A DNA stretch of 54,742 bases from an uncultured Candidatus Micrarchaeota archaeon (lineage in GTDB: Archaea > Micrarchaeota > Micrarchaeia > Anstonellales > Bilamarchaeaceae), in assembly GCA_903835325.1 (NCBI GenBank), contig CAILMU010000061.1, positions 1 to 54,742 of the forward strand, read 5' to 3'. Every line of letters starts with the position of its first letter. Positions within the stretch are counted from its first letter, which is position 1. The notes beneath the pieces were generated by a model that did not search any database, had not been told where the DNA came from, and saw only the letters and a list, made by a program, of their open reading frames with translations. Both the position numbers and the translations under genes were made by a program. Positions 9,321 through 17,445 of this stretch are shown here, piece by piece.

Positions 9321-9886
9321 TGTTTCCTACCTAACCCTAGATACCCTGTCAATGGATAATCCACTATATCGAGCTTTTTCTTTTTTAGCCTTATGGATTC
9401 GGAAATAATGGCGGTTGAATTCCTGACCGATCGTTTCGAGGTGTCCAGCTCGAGTATTTTTGGGGCATTTTTCGTTCGCTTTCGATTTTTCCCATCTCCA
9501 TAAATCGTATCGATGCGTTGCGCGCAGTAATCAAGGAGCTCTGCTTCGATGTTCTCGGATATCTTCTTTTTGCCATAGCCGCGCTTTGCGAATCTTGTTT
9601 GAAGGGCTTTGGGGGAGGAGCGAAGGATAATGATATAGTCGGCGGGGATTTTCATCTCGCACGCGAGATGGCCTTCGATGATAAAACCGGATTGGCCTTT
9701 AGAAAAAAGCGGGGCGAGCGCACGGGACAATTTTTTTATGTCGACTTCGTGATGGGTTTCGAGCAGTTTTTTTTCTTTCACGATTTTTTTTATATCGATG
9801 AGCTCCAGGCCCATGCATCTGGAAAGTTCTCTAGCGATGAGGGATTTGCCTGTTCCAGGGGTTCCGGTGATGACGATGCGCATCAT
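9317..9886 (-). CDS. Fap7/AK6-like nucleoside-monophosphate (adenylate) kinase
   Basis: P-loop at the N-terminus (MRIVITGTPGTGKS). Size is about 190 aa. Overlaps both neighbours by 4 nt. Confidence 0.7.
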   Translation of the reverse strand: MMRIVITGTPGTGKSLIARELSRCMGLELIDIKKIVKEKKLLETHHEVDIKKLSRALAPLFSKGQSGFIIEGHLACEMKIPADYIIILRSSPKALQTRFAKRGYGKKKISENIEAELLDYCAQRIDTIYGDGKNRKRTKNAPKILELDTSKRSVRNSTAIISESIRLKKKKLDIVDYPLTGYLGLGRKQ

Positions 9887-10311
9887 GGCCCCATCCTCTT
9901 TTTTATCAAATCGACGAACGAGCGGGCGTTTGCCAGGGCTTTTTCGGCTTCGTTCTTTCCGACGCTTTCGGATTCCCCGTATATGACATCGTGGCGCCTG
10001 ACGCGATAGCGGTTGAATGTGATAGCCAGGTTGCCGCTTTCAGATGGCAGGATAGCGGCGCAGAATTGCACGACCGCAAGGTGATGCGCATCCGAGACCG
10101 GATAATAGCCTTTCTGCGACATGAGGCTTCGGCCTGCCGAGAGCATCGCGTTGTAAGCGATGGCCAGCGCCCAATCGTTGTTTCCGCCTTTCAGGTTATC
10201 GGACGCCGCTTTGAGATCCCGCTCGGCCATCGCAAGGAGCTCGGTCGCCTTCGCCTTATCAGGGTCAGCCTTTCTTATGAGGCCTTTCTGAAGCAATTCC
10301 GATAAACTCAT
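9883..10311 (-). CDS. HEPN-domain protein, partner of the upstream nucleotidyltransferase
   Basis: All-helical sequence with an R-x(4-6)-H-type motif (NRYRVRRHDVIYG). The Met at 10311 (MSLSELLQKG) is preferred over the track start at 10377. Even so, it overlaps the upstream gene by 47 nt. Confidence 0.7.
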   Translation of the reverse strand: MSLSELLQKGLIRKADPDKAKATELLAMAERDLKAASDNLKGGNNDWALAIAYNAMLSAGRSLMSQKGYYPVSDAHHLAVVQFCAAILPSESGNLAITFNRYRVRRHDVIYGESESVGKNEAEKALANARSFVDLIKKRMGP

Positions 10312-10861
10312 CCCTATCACCGCCAAGCCAGACCATATCTTTCTCCATAATGTTCTTAAGGAACGCGCTGTCAGCACGCGCTTTATCTTTCAAATCAGGA
10401 ATACTCCAGAGGATGAAATTTATCGCCCTACGGCTTCTTTTCTGGATGGGGAATATCCTTGCGGCGAGATCGTCCTCATCGATGTCGCCTATGACCATAA
10501 GGTCGATATCGCTTGCTTGCCGCACAGCGCCGCCGGCCATGCTACCGAAGATAAAGGCATATGCAACACCCGGCGCTGCGATCGCTTTCGCGAGCTCGGA
10601 GAATATGCCTTCGGTCTTCCTGTAGATATTGCGGAGGTCCTCCAAAAATGGGCAGGACGGATTGGAACGGAACAGGAGCTGGTTGCCCTGTTTTTCCTTC
10701 GTGAGGATGCCAAGGGCGATGAGATTATCCAGCTCCTTTTTCGTCTCATAGGGCGATACCGATGCCCGTCGTGCGATCTCGCGGAGATGGAAGCCGTCCT
10801 CGAAAAGGACGGTGCCAAGCACCTTGACCTCGGCTTTGGAGCGGAATAATTTCTCTAACAT
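10265..10861 (-). CDS. winged-helix plus minimal nucleotidyltransferase (MNT) domain protein
   Basis: N-terminal wHTH segment (HLREIARRASVSPYETKKELDNLIALGIL). NTase motif FGSMAGG...ASDIDLMVIG follows. Confidence 0.75.
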   Translation of the reverse strand: MLEKLFRSKAEVKVLGTVLFEDGFHLREIARRASVSPYETKKELDNLIALGILTKEKQGNQLLFRSNPSCPFLEDLRNIYRKTEGIFSELAKAIAAPGVAYAFIFGSMAGGAVRQASDIDLMVIGDIDEDDLAARIFPIQKRSRRAINFILWSIPDLKDKARADSAFLKNIMEKDMVWLGGDRDEFIGIASERPHKKG

Positions 10862-10899
10862 GTTATATATGATAAAACGATTGTTATTTTAAATATAAC
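10862..10899 (-). promoter_or_regulatory. AT-rich promoter region with a 7-nt inverted repeat (GTTATAT ... ATATAAC) bracketing a TATA-like box
   Basis: Inverted-repeat arms at 10862-10868 and 10893-10899. TTTAAAAT on the minus strand lies about 25-30 nt upstream of the ATG at 10861. TGTTAT also occurs as a direct repeat. Confidence 0.4.
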
Positions 10900-10926
10900 A
10901 GATTGAAAATCTTCGGCATTCGTATC

Positions 10927-11340
10927 TCAAAGTTTCCTCGCGAGCATCTTGAAATGGTTCTTGGCAAGGTCAAGCGTCTCGATGCCTTTGCTTGTTATGG
11001 TGTAGTACTTGCGCCTCTCTTCCTGTTCCGCTAGGATGAGGCCTTCGTTCTCGAGCTTATAGAGCACGACGTATATCATTATCTTGTTCGGCTTGAAACT
11101 GAATTCCTTATAGATTCGTTCATCGAGCGCATACGCGTGGATGCGCTTGTCCATCCTGATGAGCGAGAGGATGTAGAGCCAGAGGTTCTCGTTGGTGAGG
11201 AGGTGGCGCAGGCGCTTGATAGGGGCGGTCGGGTTGATATTATTTGATGGGGAGACGGATTCGCCGGATGGGCCTGCGCCGGCCCTTGCGCCCTTGGAAG
11301 CGGCATCACGAGGATCAGTCTTCATCTTGGTCATCCTCAA
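10927..11340 (-). CDS. PadR-family transcriptional regulator
   Basis: The segment LWLYILSLIRMDKRIHAYALDERIYKEFSFKPNKIMIYVVLYKLENEGLI...RKYYTITSKG is a typical PadR winged helix. The track start is TTG at 11340, and an ATG at 11334 is also possible. It abuts or overlaps the stop of the 1256-aa gene. Confidence 0.8.
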   Translation of the reverse strand: MRMTKMKTDPRDAASKGARAGAGPSGESVSPSNNINPTAPIKRLRHLLTNENLWLYILSLIRMDKRIHAYALDERIYKEFSFKPNKIMIYVVLYKLENEGLILAEQEERRKYYTITSKGIETLDLAKNHFKMLARKL

Positions 11341-14300
11341 TCTTTATCTGAGGGTTCCTTTCTCTTTTTTGGCGGGGTGTAACCGATATTTCTCTTCATT
11401 TCATCGAGTTCGGCGTCATCCCGTTCAGCCTGCGTCTGCTGGGGCGATTTCTTTGTGAAAAGGGAAGGCTGCTCCTCGTATCCTTCAGGAGCCCGCTCCA
11501 TCGTCCTATCCAGGCGCGCCAAGCTCTTGAGGTGATCCTCCACATCCCTTGTCGTGGTCGTGTCGGCCTGGTTTGCCGCTGAATTTGCAATGCTCTCGAC
11601 ATCCTTGTTCGACTTGATATCGGCTGAATTGACCATGTTGACCGCGAAATTCTCGGCTGCTCGGCGGTGGTCCTCCAGAGACCGGTCGAGGTCTGCCTGG
11701 CTTGAAGCCTTCAATGCGTCGTTGGCGAATTTCAGCTCGCCGTACGCGCATTGGGCAAGCACATCAGCGTTCGGCAGTTTGGTGTTCGATCCCAATGCGA
11801 CAAGGTCGCCCATGGTGCCATTCACCAGCCTGCTGACATCAAGTTCCGGAGGCGCGTTATGGGTCGTTGGGTCGAGAAGGCTAAGCGCCGCGACCGTATC
11901 GCGCTGCTGGATGTTGAAATATAGGGCCCCGGCTTCGTCTGCAACGCCATAACCCACTCCGACATATCCCCCGTCAGTCGTGCTTGGGAGGAGCAACGCG
12001 CGCATCACGCCTGCCTTCTCCTCGGCATCAGCCGCGAATTGGTGGGCGTTTTTTGTATCGATATTCTCGGGGTAGAGCACATTCGTCATGGCAGAATTGA
12101 AAAGATTTGCCGCTATCAGCTCCTTGTCTTTCGCCCCGGCCTCAGAAGCAGCCTGCTGGACCATCGCTTTCTCCTGTTCTTCGTTGAGCTTGCCTTCGTT
12201 GAACTGCTTGGCGATATCGGAAAGCTTGTCCTGGAATTTTTCAAGTTCAGGGTGCGCCTCCACATATTTATCTGGGAAATGCGCGCCGAAATTATCGTAA
12301 TACTCCTTTGCCGCATGAGCTGCCTCTAATCTCGATTCGGCAAGCTCGTTGCGCACATTGTTGACCTGTTCGATGAACTTGGTCATGCCAGGCTGACCGG
12401 GCATGGAATCCGGGGGCAGGCTCTGCTGGGCCAGGGCAGAAATTTTATTTGCGGTTTCCCCCAGTATTTCCTGACCTGTCCGAGCATCTCTGACGATCAT
12501 GCCCCCAGTTCCGCTCTGTTCCAGAATCACCTTGTCAGTGCCGAAATTCTTGATCATGTCCGGATCATGGAAATTCAGCGTGGTTCCGGTCGAAGCCTGC
12601 TGGGGGTTGGATTGGTAGAACGCTGCCCTTTCCGTTTCGCCAAGTTCCACTCCCTGGCCCCATTTGAGAACAATGGCTGCTTCCTGCGGGCTGAGCGTCC
12701 CCCCTGTCGAAGTGTTTGTCACGGTTTTGCCGTCTGGACCGATACGGAACGTGTTTCCGCTCTCTATCGGAGTTATCGTGATAGTGCCGTCGGGATTGCG
12801 GCGCTTTTCAGCTTCTTCCGGTGGCATCCCTAATTTTGCCAGGGCCGCAGAATCATGGACGATAATCAAATCAGTAGATATTGAACCGTCGGGGTTCACT
12901 TTGAGAGTAACTTTATTCTGGTGCAGTTCCGGAATCACAGCCTGCACCAGGTCCGGATCCGTAACGACGATCTTATCTGACTTTTTTCCTCCTTCGCCGA
13001 CCAGGGCGGTGCCCATTGTGACATCGATCCTCTGGGCATCCAGGCTGTCAGTGTGTATCTGCATCGCACCCCCCGGAAGCAGGATTATATTTGCCCCACC
13101 GGCATTGAACGAGTCGCGGTTGGCTGAATCCATGCGGGTTTTGAAATCCGCTGTGAAGTTTGCGAGTGTCAGTTCCTGCCCCTTAGGCATCTCCAGACCG
13201 AAGGCCTTGGATAATGACACAGGAGCAGAATCCTTGGGCACTTCCACATATTTCCCGTTCTTTTCATAGGCGACGATATTGCCATCGACCACCCTGGCCC
13301 CGTTCCCTGACGGATCGAAAATCAGGCCGGACAATCTTCCGGTCTTGGCATCTATTGACGCGCTCGACTCCACATAAAAGGTATTCGCCCCGACAGACAT
13401 CTGGTTGTAGGTGACAGGATTGCTGTTGGCATCGACCAATACTTTGCCCCCGTCAACCCTCATGACCTGGCCATTGACATAGATGAAACCGGTCTTTTCC
13501 TTCTCATCCCCGCCTTGCAGGAAAAGCCCGTTGGCTTTGTTGCCGCCGACATCGACCTGCATCTGCTTTGCATATCCCAAGTTTGTCTCGAGCTTTGTCG
13601 TATGTGCATTGTATTTCGCCGCATCCTCTGCCGCCCAAGCCTGCTTTATATCAGCCTCCTTTTTCATAGCGCTCTGGTTGGACGCGGTCATGAATTTGAA
13701 GAGGAGGCCGATTACGGGGATCTTGCCCAGGGTTTTGAAAAAGGAGGTCAGCGCATCGCCGTCGCCTCCACCCGTGTATACGACCTTGCCTCCCGCCCCA
13801 GGCGTTGCTGTCGTCTCTGACTTCCCGCCATAGACCGGCATGAGGACCGCGTTCACGTATATCGCCAGGTTCGATGCCATGACCGTCTGGACTACAAGGC
13901 TGCCGAGAAGCTTGCCCCATTGGACAGGCGCCTCGCCTGATGAACCTCTACCCGCGTGCGCAAAGCCTTCCTTGATTTCCTTTTTGAGGCTCTTCTGGCC
14001 TGCCGGTTCGGTCCCCATGGCCTTGCCGACACCTAGTCCAAGGCCCCGGTCCAGGGACTTGCCTATCATATTCATCGAATTGGCGAAAGGAACGAAACCG
14101 ATCGCCACATGTGATACGGCTTTGATGATAGATTTCGGAGTGAACTTGCCTTTTTCAGTCGGATTGAATTGCGAATATGCTCCTCCGCCGCCTCCTTTAT
14201 CATCTCCGCCTTCCTGCGTCGCTGAATAGATTTCTCCGGCTGTCGATGCCATGGACATGGCGAATGCGCCCCAGTTCAGGGCCTTGCCCCTCATCCTCGG

Positions 14301-15107
14301 CTCGTATCGCGGCTTGTAAGATATGCGGGGAGAAGAGAAATCAAAACCTGCAAACGGGTTCTTGCCGGACAGCTGCATCGCCCCGATGAGGAGCCCGAGC
14401 ACGAGGAGGAATGGAAGGCATATATCGCCCGGGATCTTTGAAGCCTCGGGCGGGGGCATCGGGCAGTACGGCACGGCGCTCATAGCCGGGAGGATTGAAT
14501 AGGTCTCAGGAAGAAGGATGGGCGAAGGCACGAAGCTTATACCCGGGGCGCCAGGTACGCCCAGAAGGCCGTTAGAGGGGTATGTGTTGATGGTGTCCCT
14601 GGTTATGCCTGTCATGTTGAAGCACTGCTCCAATCCGCACCCGTTCGAGAACGGGCAGTAGATGAAGACGAAGCTCTGGCATCCTATGGCAGGTTTCATT
14701 TTGTCATAGTAGGAGAGGTTCATGGTGGCTTGTCCGGTCTCGTCGGTGTAAAGGACCCAAAGGTCTTTCTGGCCCGGGACGAACGCGATGATGGTCGTGT
14801 TCTTGACAGGCTGGTCGGATGGGGAGGCGCTCGTGTTCTTGAAAGTGAGGTATAGCTGGATTTCATGGTAAACCGGATCCACGATGGCGATCATGCGCGG
14901 GTTGGTGTAATCCCCTATCCCGATGCAGCTCGGGCACTCCCCGTTATCACCTGAGTATAAACCAAACTGGGCGGCGAACGGGTTTGAGGAATCGAATGCA
15001 TAGGAATATGGAGAGGCGCCTTGCGTGAGCGGGAAAGAGAGATTTGCCAGGATGAGCAATATTACCGCAAGAACTGGAAAGCGCAACCGCTTCATGACCT
15101 TAAACAT
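11337..15107 (-). CDS. module gene 0, copy A: giant membrane-anchored protein (1256 aa)
   Basis: Signal peptide, then an ectodomain of about 200 aa with Cys and sequons (GECPSC, CPFSNGCGLEQC). TM helix is ICLPFLLVLGLLIGAMQL, followed by a basic stretch (PRISYKPRYEPRMRGK). A long, nearly Cys-free hydrophilic region follows. Paralogue of 28231-32568. Confidence 0.9.
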   Translation of the reverse strand: MFKVMKRLRFPVLAVILLILANLSFPLTQGASPYSYAFDSSNPFAAQFGLYSGDNGECPSCIGIGDYTNPRMIAIVDPVYHEIQLYLTFKNTSASPSDQPVKNTTIIAFVPGQKDLWVLYTDETGQATMNLSYYDKMKPAIGCQSFVFIYCPFSNGCGLEQCFNMTGITRDTINTYPSNGLLGVPGAPGISFVPSPILLPETYSILPAMSAVPYCPMPPPEASKIPGDICLPFLLVLGLLIGAMQLSGKNPFAGFDFSSPRISYKPRYEPRMRGKALNWGAFAMSMASTAGEIYSATQEGGDDKGGGGGAYSQFNPTEKGKFTPKSIIKAVSHVAIGFVPFANSMNMIGKSLDRGLGLGVGKAMGTEPAGQKSLKKEIKEGFAHAGRGSSGEAPVQWGKLLGSLVVQTVMASNLAIYVNAVLMPVYGGKSETTATPGAGGKVVYTGGGDGDALTSFFKTLGKIPVIGLLFKFMTASNQSAMKKEADIKQAWAAEDAAKYNAHTTKLETNLGYAKQMQVDVGGNKANGLFLQGGDEKEKTGFIYVNGQVMRVDGGKVLVDANSNPVTYNQMSVGANTFYVESSASIDAKTGRLSGLIFDPSGNGARVVDGNIVAYEKNGKYVEVPKDSAPVSLSKAFGLEMPKGQELTLANFTADFKTRMDSANRDSFNAGGANIILLPGGAMQIHTDSLDAQRIDVTMGTALVGEGGKKSDKIVVTDPDLVQAVIPELHQNKVTLKVNPDGSISTDLIIVHDSAALAKLGMPPEEAEKRRNPDGTITITPIESGNTFRIGPDGKTVTNTSTGGTLSPQEAAIVLKWGQGVELGETERAAFYQSNPQQASTGTTLNFHDPDMIKNFGTDKVILEQSGTGGMIVRDARTGQEILGETANKISALAQQSLPPDSMPGQPGMTKFIEQVNNVRNELAESRLEAAHAAKEYYDNFGAHFPDKYVEAHPELEKFQDKLSDIAKQFNEGKLNEEQEKAMVQQAASEAGAKDKELIAANLFNSAMTNVLYPENIDTKNAHQFAADAEEKAGVMRALLLPSTTDGGYVGVGYGVADEAGALYFNIQQRDTVAALSLLDPTTHNAPPELDVSRLVNGTMGDLVALGSNTKLPNADVLAQCAYGELKFANDALKASSQADLDRSLEDHRRAAENFAVNMVNSADIKSNKDVESIANSAANQADTTTTRDVEDHLKSLARLDRTMERAPEGYEEQPSLFTKKSPQQTQAERDDAELDEMKRNIGYTPPKKRKEPSDKD

Positions 15108-15145
15108 CAGATAAGCCTTAATAACTATTAGGGTTAATTGATTTC
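15108..15145. promoter_or_regulatory. 38-bp divergent control spacer, copy A
   Basis: Sequence CAGATAAGCCTTAATAACTATTAGGGTTAATTGATTTC has two AT-rich boxes, each about 22-30 nt from one of the two ATGs. The 5' part is conserved with copy B. Confidence 0.45.
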
Positions 15146-16432
15146 ATGCGTTGGCAGATGCTGATATTGATCCTTTTTTCACTGTTCGGCCTGTCATTTG
15201 CCGATGGCACAGATGTGTACCTGGCCATCTTCCCGGTTTGCGTCGTCATTGTCGCGATTATCCTAGGGATACTCAACATGGCGGCCGAGACATTCTCGCT
15301 CCCGGGCTTATCCGCGTATGTGAAAACCGAGCTGGGCGAGCTCGTGAGCGGGGTCGTCCTCGCCCTCATCGTCTATGCTTTCGTGCTCGGCACGAGCCAG
15401 GTCCTTCCAACACTTCTGGTCGGACAGAGCGCAACCAACGCCGCCCTTGATTACATCCACAAAGAGGTCTCCCTCTTCCAGACGACATACTGGGGAATCA
15501 TCAGGATAGGGACGCAGCTGAAGGCGATGGTCTCCTTCAGCACGCAGCAGGTCCTTCCTGCAGGGTGGGTAAGCTGGGCGCACAGCATCTCGCCTTACCC
15601 AGGCCTGGCCCCGCTGCTCTCGATACTTTCAATGGCGGTCCAGGGAGTCAGCAATAATATCCTGCTTTATCAGACGCTTTACCTGCTGCTCCAATTCTGC
15701 TCGGCGATAATCCCGACGATAATACTTCCTGTCGCCCTGTCGATGAGGCTGCTCCCCATCACAAGGCAGGCGGGGACGGCCGTCGTTGCGATATGCATTT
15801 CGCTTATCGTGATATTCCCGTGGTCGGTGGTCTTTGTCCAGCAGATACACAGCGTGCTCCCATACCAGGATCCTACCATTGACGCGAACGGGGGGGACGT
15901 GGTGGGAAGGATAATCAACACGCTGGGCGTGCACTTCCCGCTCACATCGTTCCTGAACGAGCTTTGCCAGAACAATGCTATCCGGCTTCTCCTGAGTTTG
16001 AACGAGCAGGGGACGTGGCTGCTATTCTGCACGCCGATATGCGCTATCGTCGCAGCGGTCCAGGCAGCCGCTTGCCTGACAGGATACGCGGGGTGCTTCC
16101 TGAATTTTTTCATGTTCTGCTGGTCTCCGATAGAATATATGGGCACGAAGGGGTATTGCTACAACATCGTAACCGCCATCGCATACCCTATCATGGTGGG
16201 AGTCTCGCAGATCGTTTACAATATCGGCGCCGCGTTCATGAACGTCCCAAGCGAGAAGGCAGGGGAGATATATGATGTCATGTACCCGTTCATGCGGGAC
16301 ATAAACAACATGGTGATGATGGGTTACGTGGATGCGATGATAATCGGGATATTCACGATCGTGGGCTCCAGGTCCATCTCAGCCGCCCTTGGCGGAGAGT
16401 GGTACATGATAAAGTTCCAGAGGCTGGTCTGA
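15146..16432 (+). CDS. module gene 1, copy A: polytopic membrane protein (428 aa), paralogue-family member
   Basis: Signal peptide and multiple TM helices. Family motifs present: FSLPGLSAYVKTELGEL, ILPVALSMRLLPITRQAG and C-terminal ALGGEWYMIKFQRLV. Confidence 0.9.
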   Translation: MRWQMLILILFSLFGLSFADGTDVYLAIFPVCVVIVAIILGILNMAAETFSLPGLSAYVKTELGELVSGVVLALIVYAFVLGTSQVLPTLLVGQSATNAALDYIHKEVSLFQTTYWGIIRIGTQLKAMVSFSTQQVLPAGWVSWAHSISPYPGLAPLLSILSMAVQGVSNNILLYQTLYLLLQFCSAIIPTIILPVALSMRLLPITRQAGTAVVAICISLIVIFPWSVVFVQQIHSVLPYQDPTIDANGGDVVGRIINTLGVHFPLTSFLNELCQNNAIRLLLSLNEQGTWLLFCTPICAIVAAVQAAACLTGYAGCFLNFFMFCWSPIEYMGTKGYCYNIVTAIAYPIMVGVSQIVYNIGAAFMNVPSEKAGEIYDVMYPFMRDINNMVMMGYVDAMIIGIFTIVGSRSISAALGGEWYMIKFQRLV

Positions 16433-17445
16433 TGGATGGAATCAAGAGATGCCAGCCCGGTTTTGGAGCGGATATTCCGGGGTTGATTCTAAGGTCCGCG
16501 TTTTTCTTCCTGCTGATCGCTTACATATCGCACCCAGGGGATTTTGCGTGCGTGCAGAATGCGGGCGATACTGTTATTTCCGGGGCAGGAGCGTATATCG
16601 GCATCGCAACCATGCTGATGGTGCTTGTCATCGCAGCAGCCTACATGCTCGGCATGACGACGAGCAACGCCAATGCCATCGTGTTCGCCAAGGACGAGCT
16701 TTTCCACCTCGGGTTTTCCATCGTGCTGCTCCTTGGGATCGGCGGGATAATGGCATCCGGCTGCCTGATCACGAATTCGATGTTCTCGCTCACGTTCAAG
16801 CAATCATCGGACATCTACCATTATTATTCAGATTGCGGCGGCGAGACAGCGGATCCGACCAACCTCACCGTGTGCGCGATATCCATGCCCCTGAAGGCAT
16901 CCAACAGCCTTATCGGCACCTACACGCAATACAGCATCAATAACATGATGCAATCGAACTGGTTCTACACATATGCGCTCCCGTTCACAGACATCGTGAC
17001 CACAAACGCCGCGGCATACAGGCGCACATGGTCCACCGAGAACGACATGGTCCTCAATACGTTCATCGTGCCTTCGTATGTCAGCCTCAAGATGCAGCAG
17101 ATACTCCTGGGGCTTTTCAGCCAGTACTCCGTGGAGCTGCTCCTTCCTGTCGGGTTCATATTCAGGTTCATCCCGGTTTTCAGGAAATTCGGCAACTTCC
17201 TTCTTGCGATGGCTTTCGGTTTCTATATAGTATTGCCTTTCTTCGCAACATTCAATTTCTTCGTATACGACCATTTCGCAAACTCCCCGATCCCCATCAA
17301 TGGCTTCAAATTCGCAGACAACTCGAATGGATTCTATACCATCTCGCTGCTGGTATCTCAGGCGTTCTTCCTGCCCAACCTGACGATAGTCCTTTTCATC
17401 ACATTCCTTTCAGGGATCAACAAGGCGCTCGGGGCGATCGGATGA
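16432..17445 (+). CDS. module gene 2, copy A: polytopic membrane protein (337 aa), family member lacking the C-terminal tail
   Basis: TGATG overlap with gene 1, the same as in copy B. Motifs YMLGMTTSNANAIVFAKDELFHL and LLPVGFIFRFIPVFRKFG. The protein ends ...INKALGAIG. Confidence 0.85.
   Translation: MDGIKRCQPGFGADIPGLILRSAFFFLLIAYISHPGDFACVQNAGDTVISGAGAYIGIATMLMVLVIAAAYMLGMTTSNANAIVFAKDELFHLGFSIVLLLGIGGIMASGCLITNSMFSLTFKQSSDIYHYYSDCGGETADPTNLTVCAISMPLKASNSLIGTYTQYSINNMMQSNWFYTYALPFTDIVTTNAAAYRRTWSTENDMVLNTFIVPSYVSLKMQQILLGLFSQYSVELLLPVGFIFRFIPVFRKFGNFLLAMAFGFYIVLPFFATFNFFVYDHFANSPIPINGFKFADNSNGFYTISLLVSQAFFLPNLTIVLFITFLSGINKALGAIG

Noticed and set aside
17028-17441. Upstream extensions of track ORFs: 17028-17441, 33509-33853 and 39743-40423.
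   Set aside because: The extensions overlap the preceding conserved gene in another frame and translate to Arg/His/Pro-rich sequence. The true starts are the ATGs in the TGATG or ATGA overlaps, which are conserved in both copies and followed by signal peptides.
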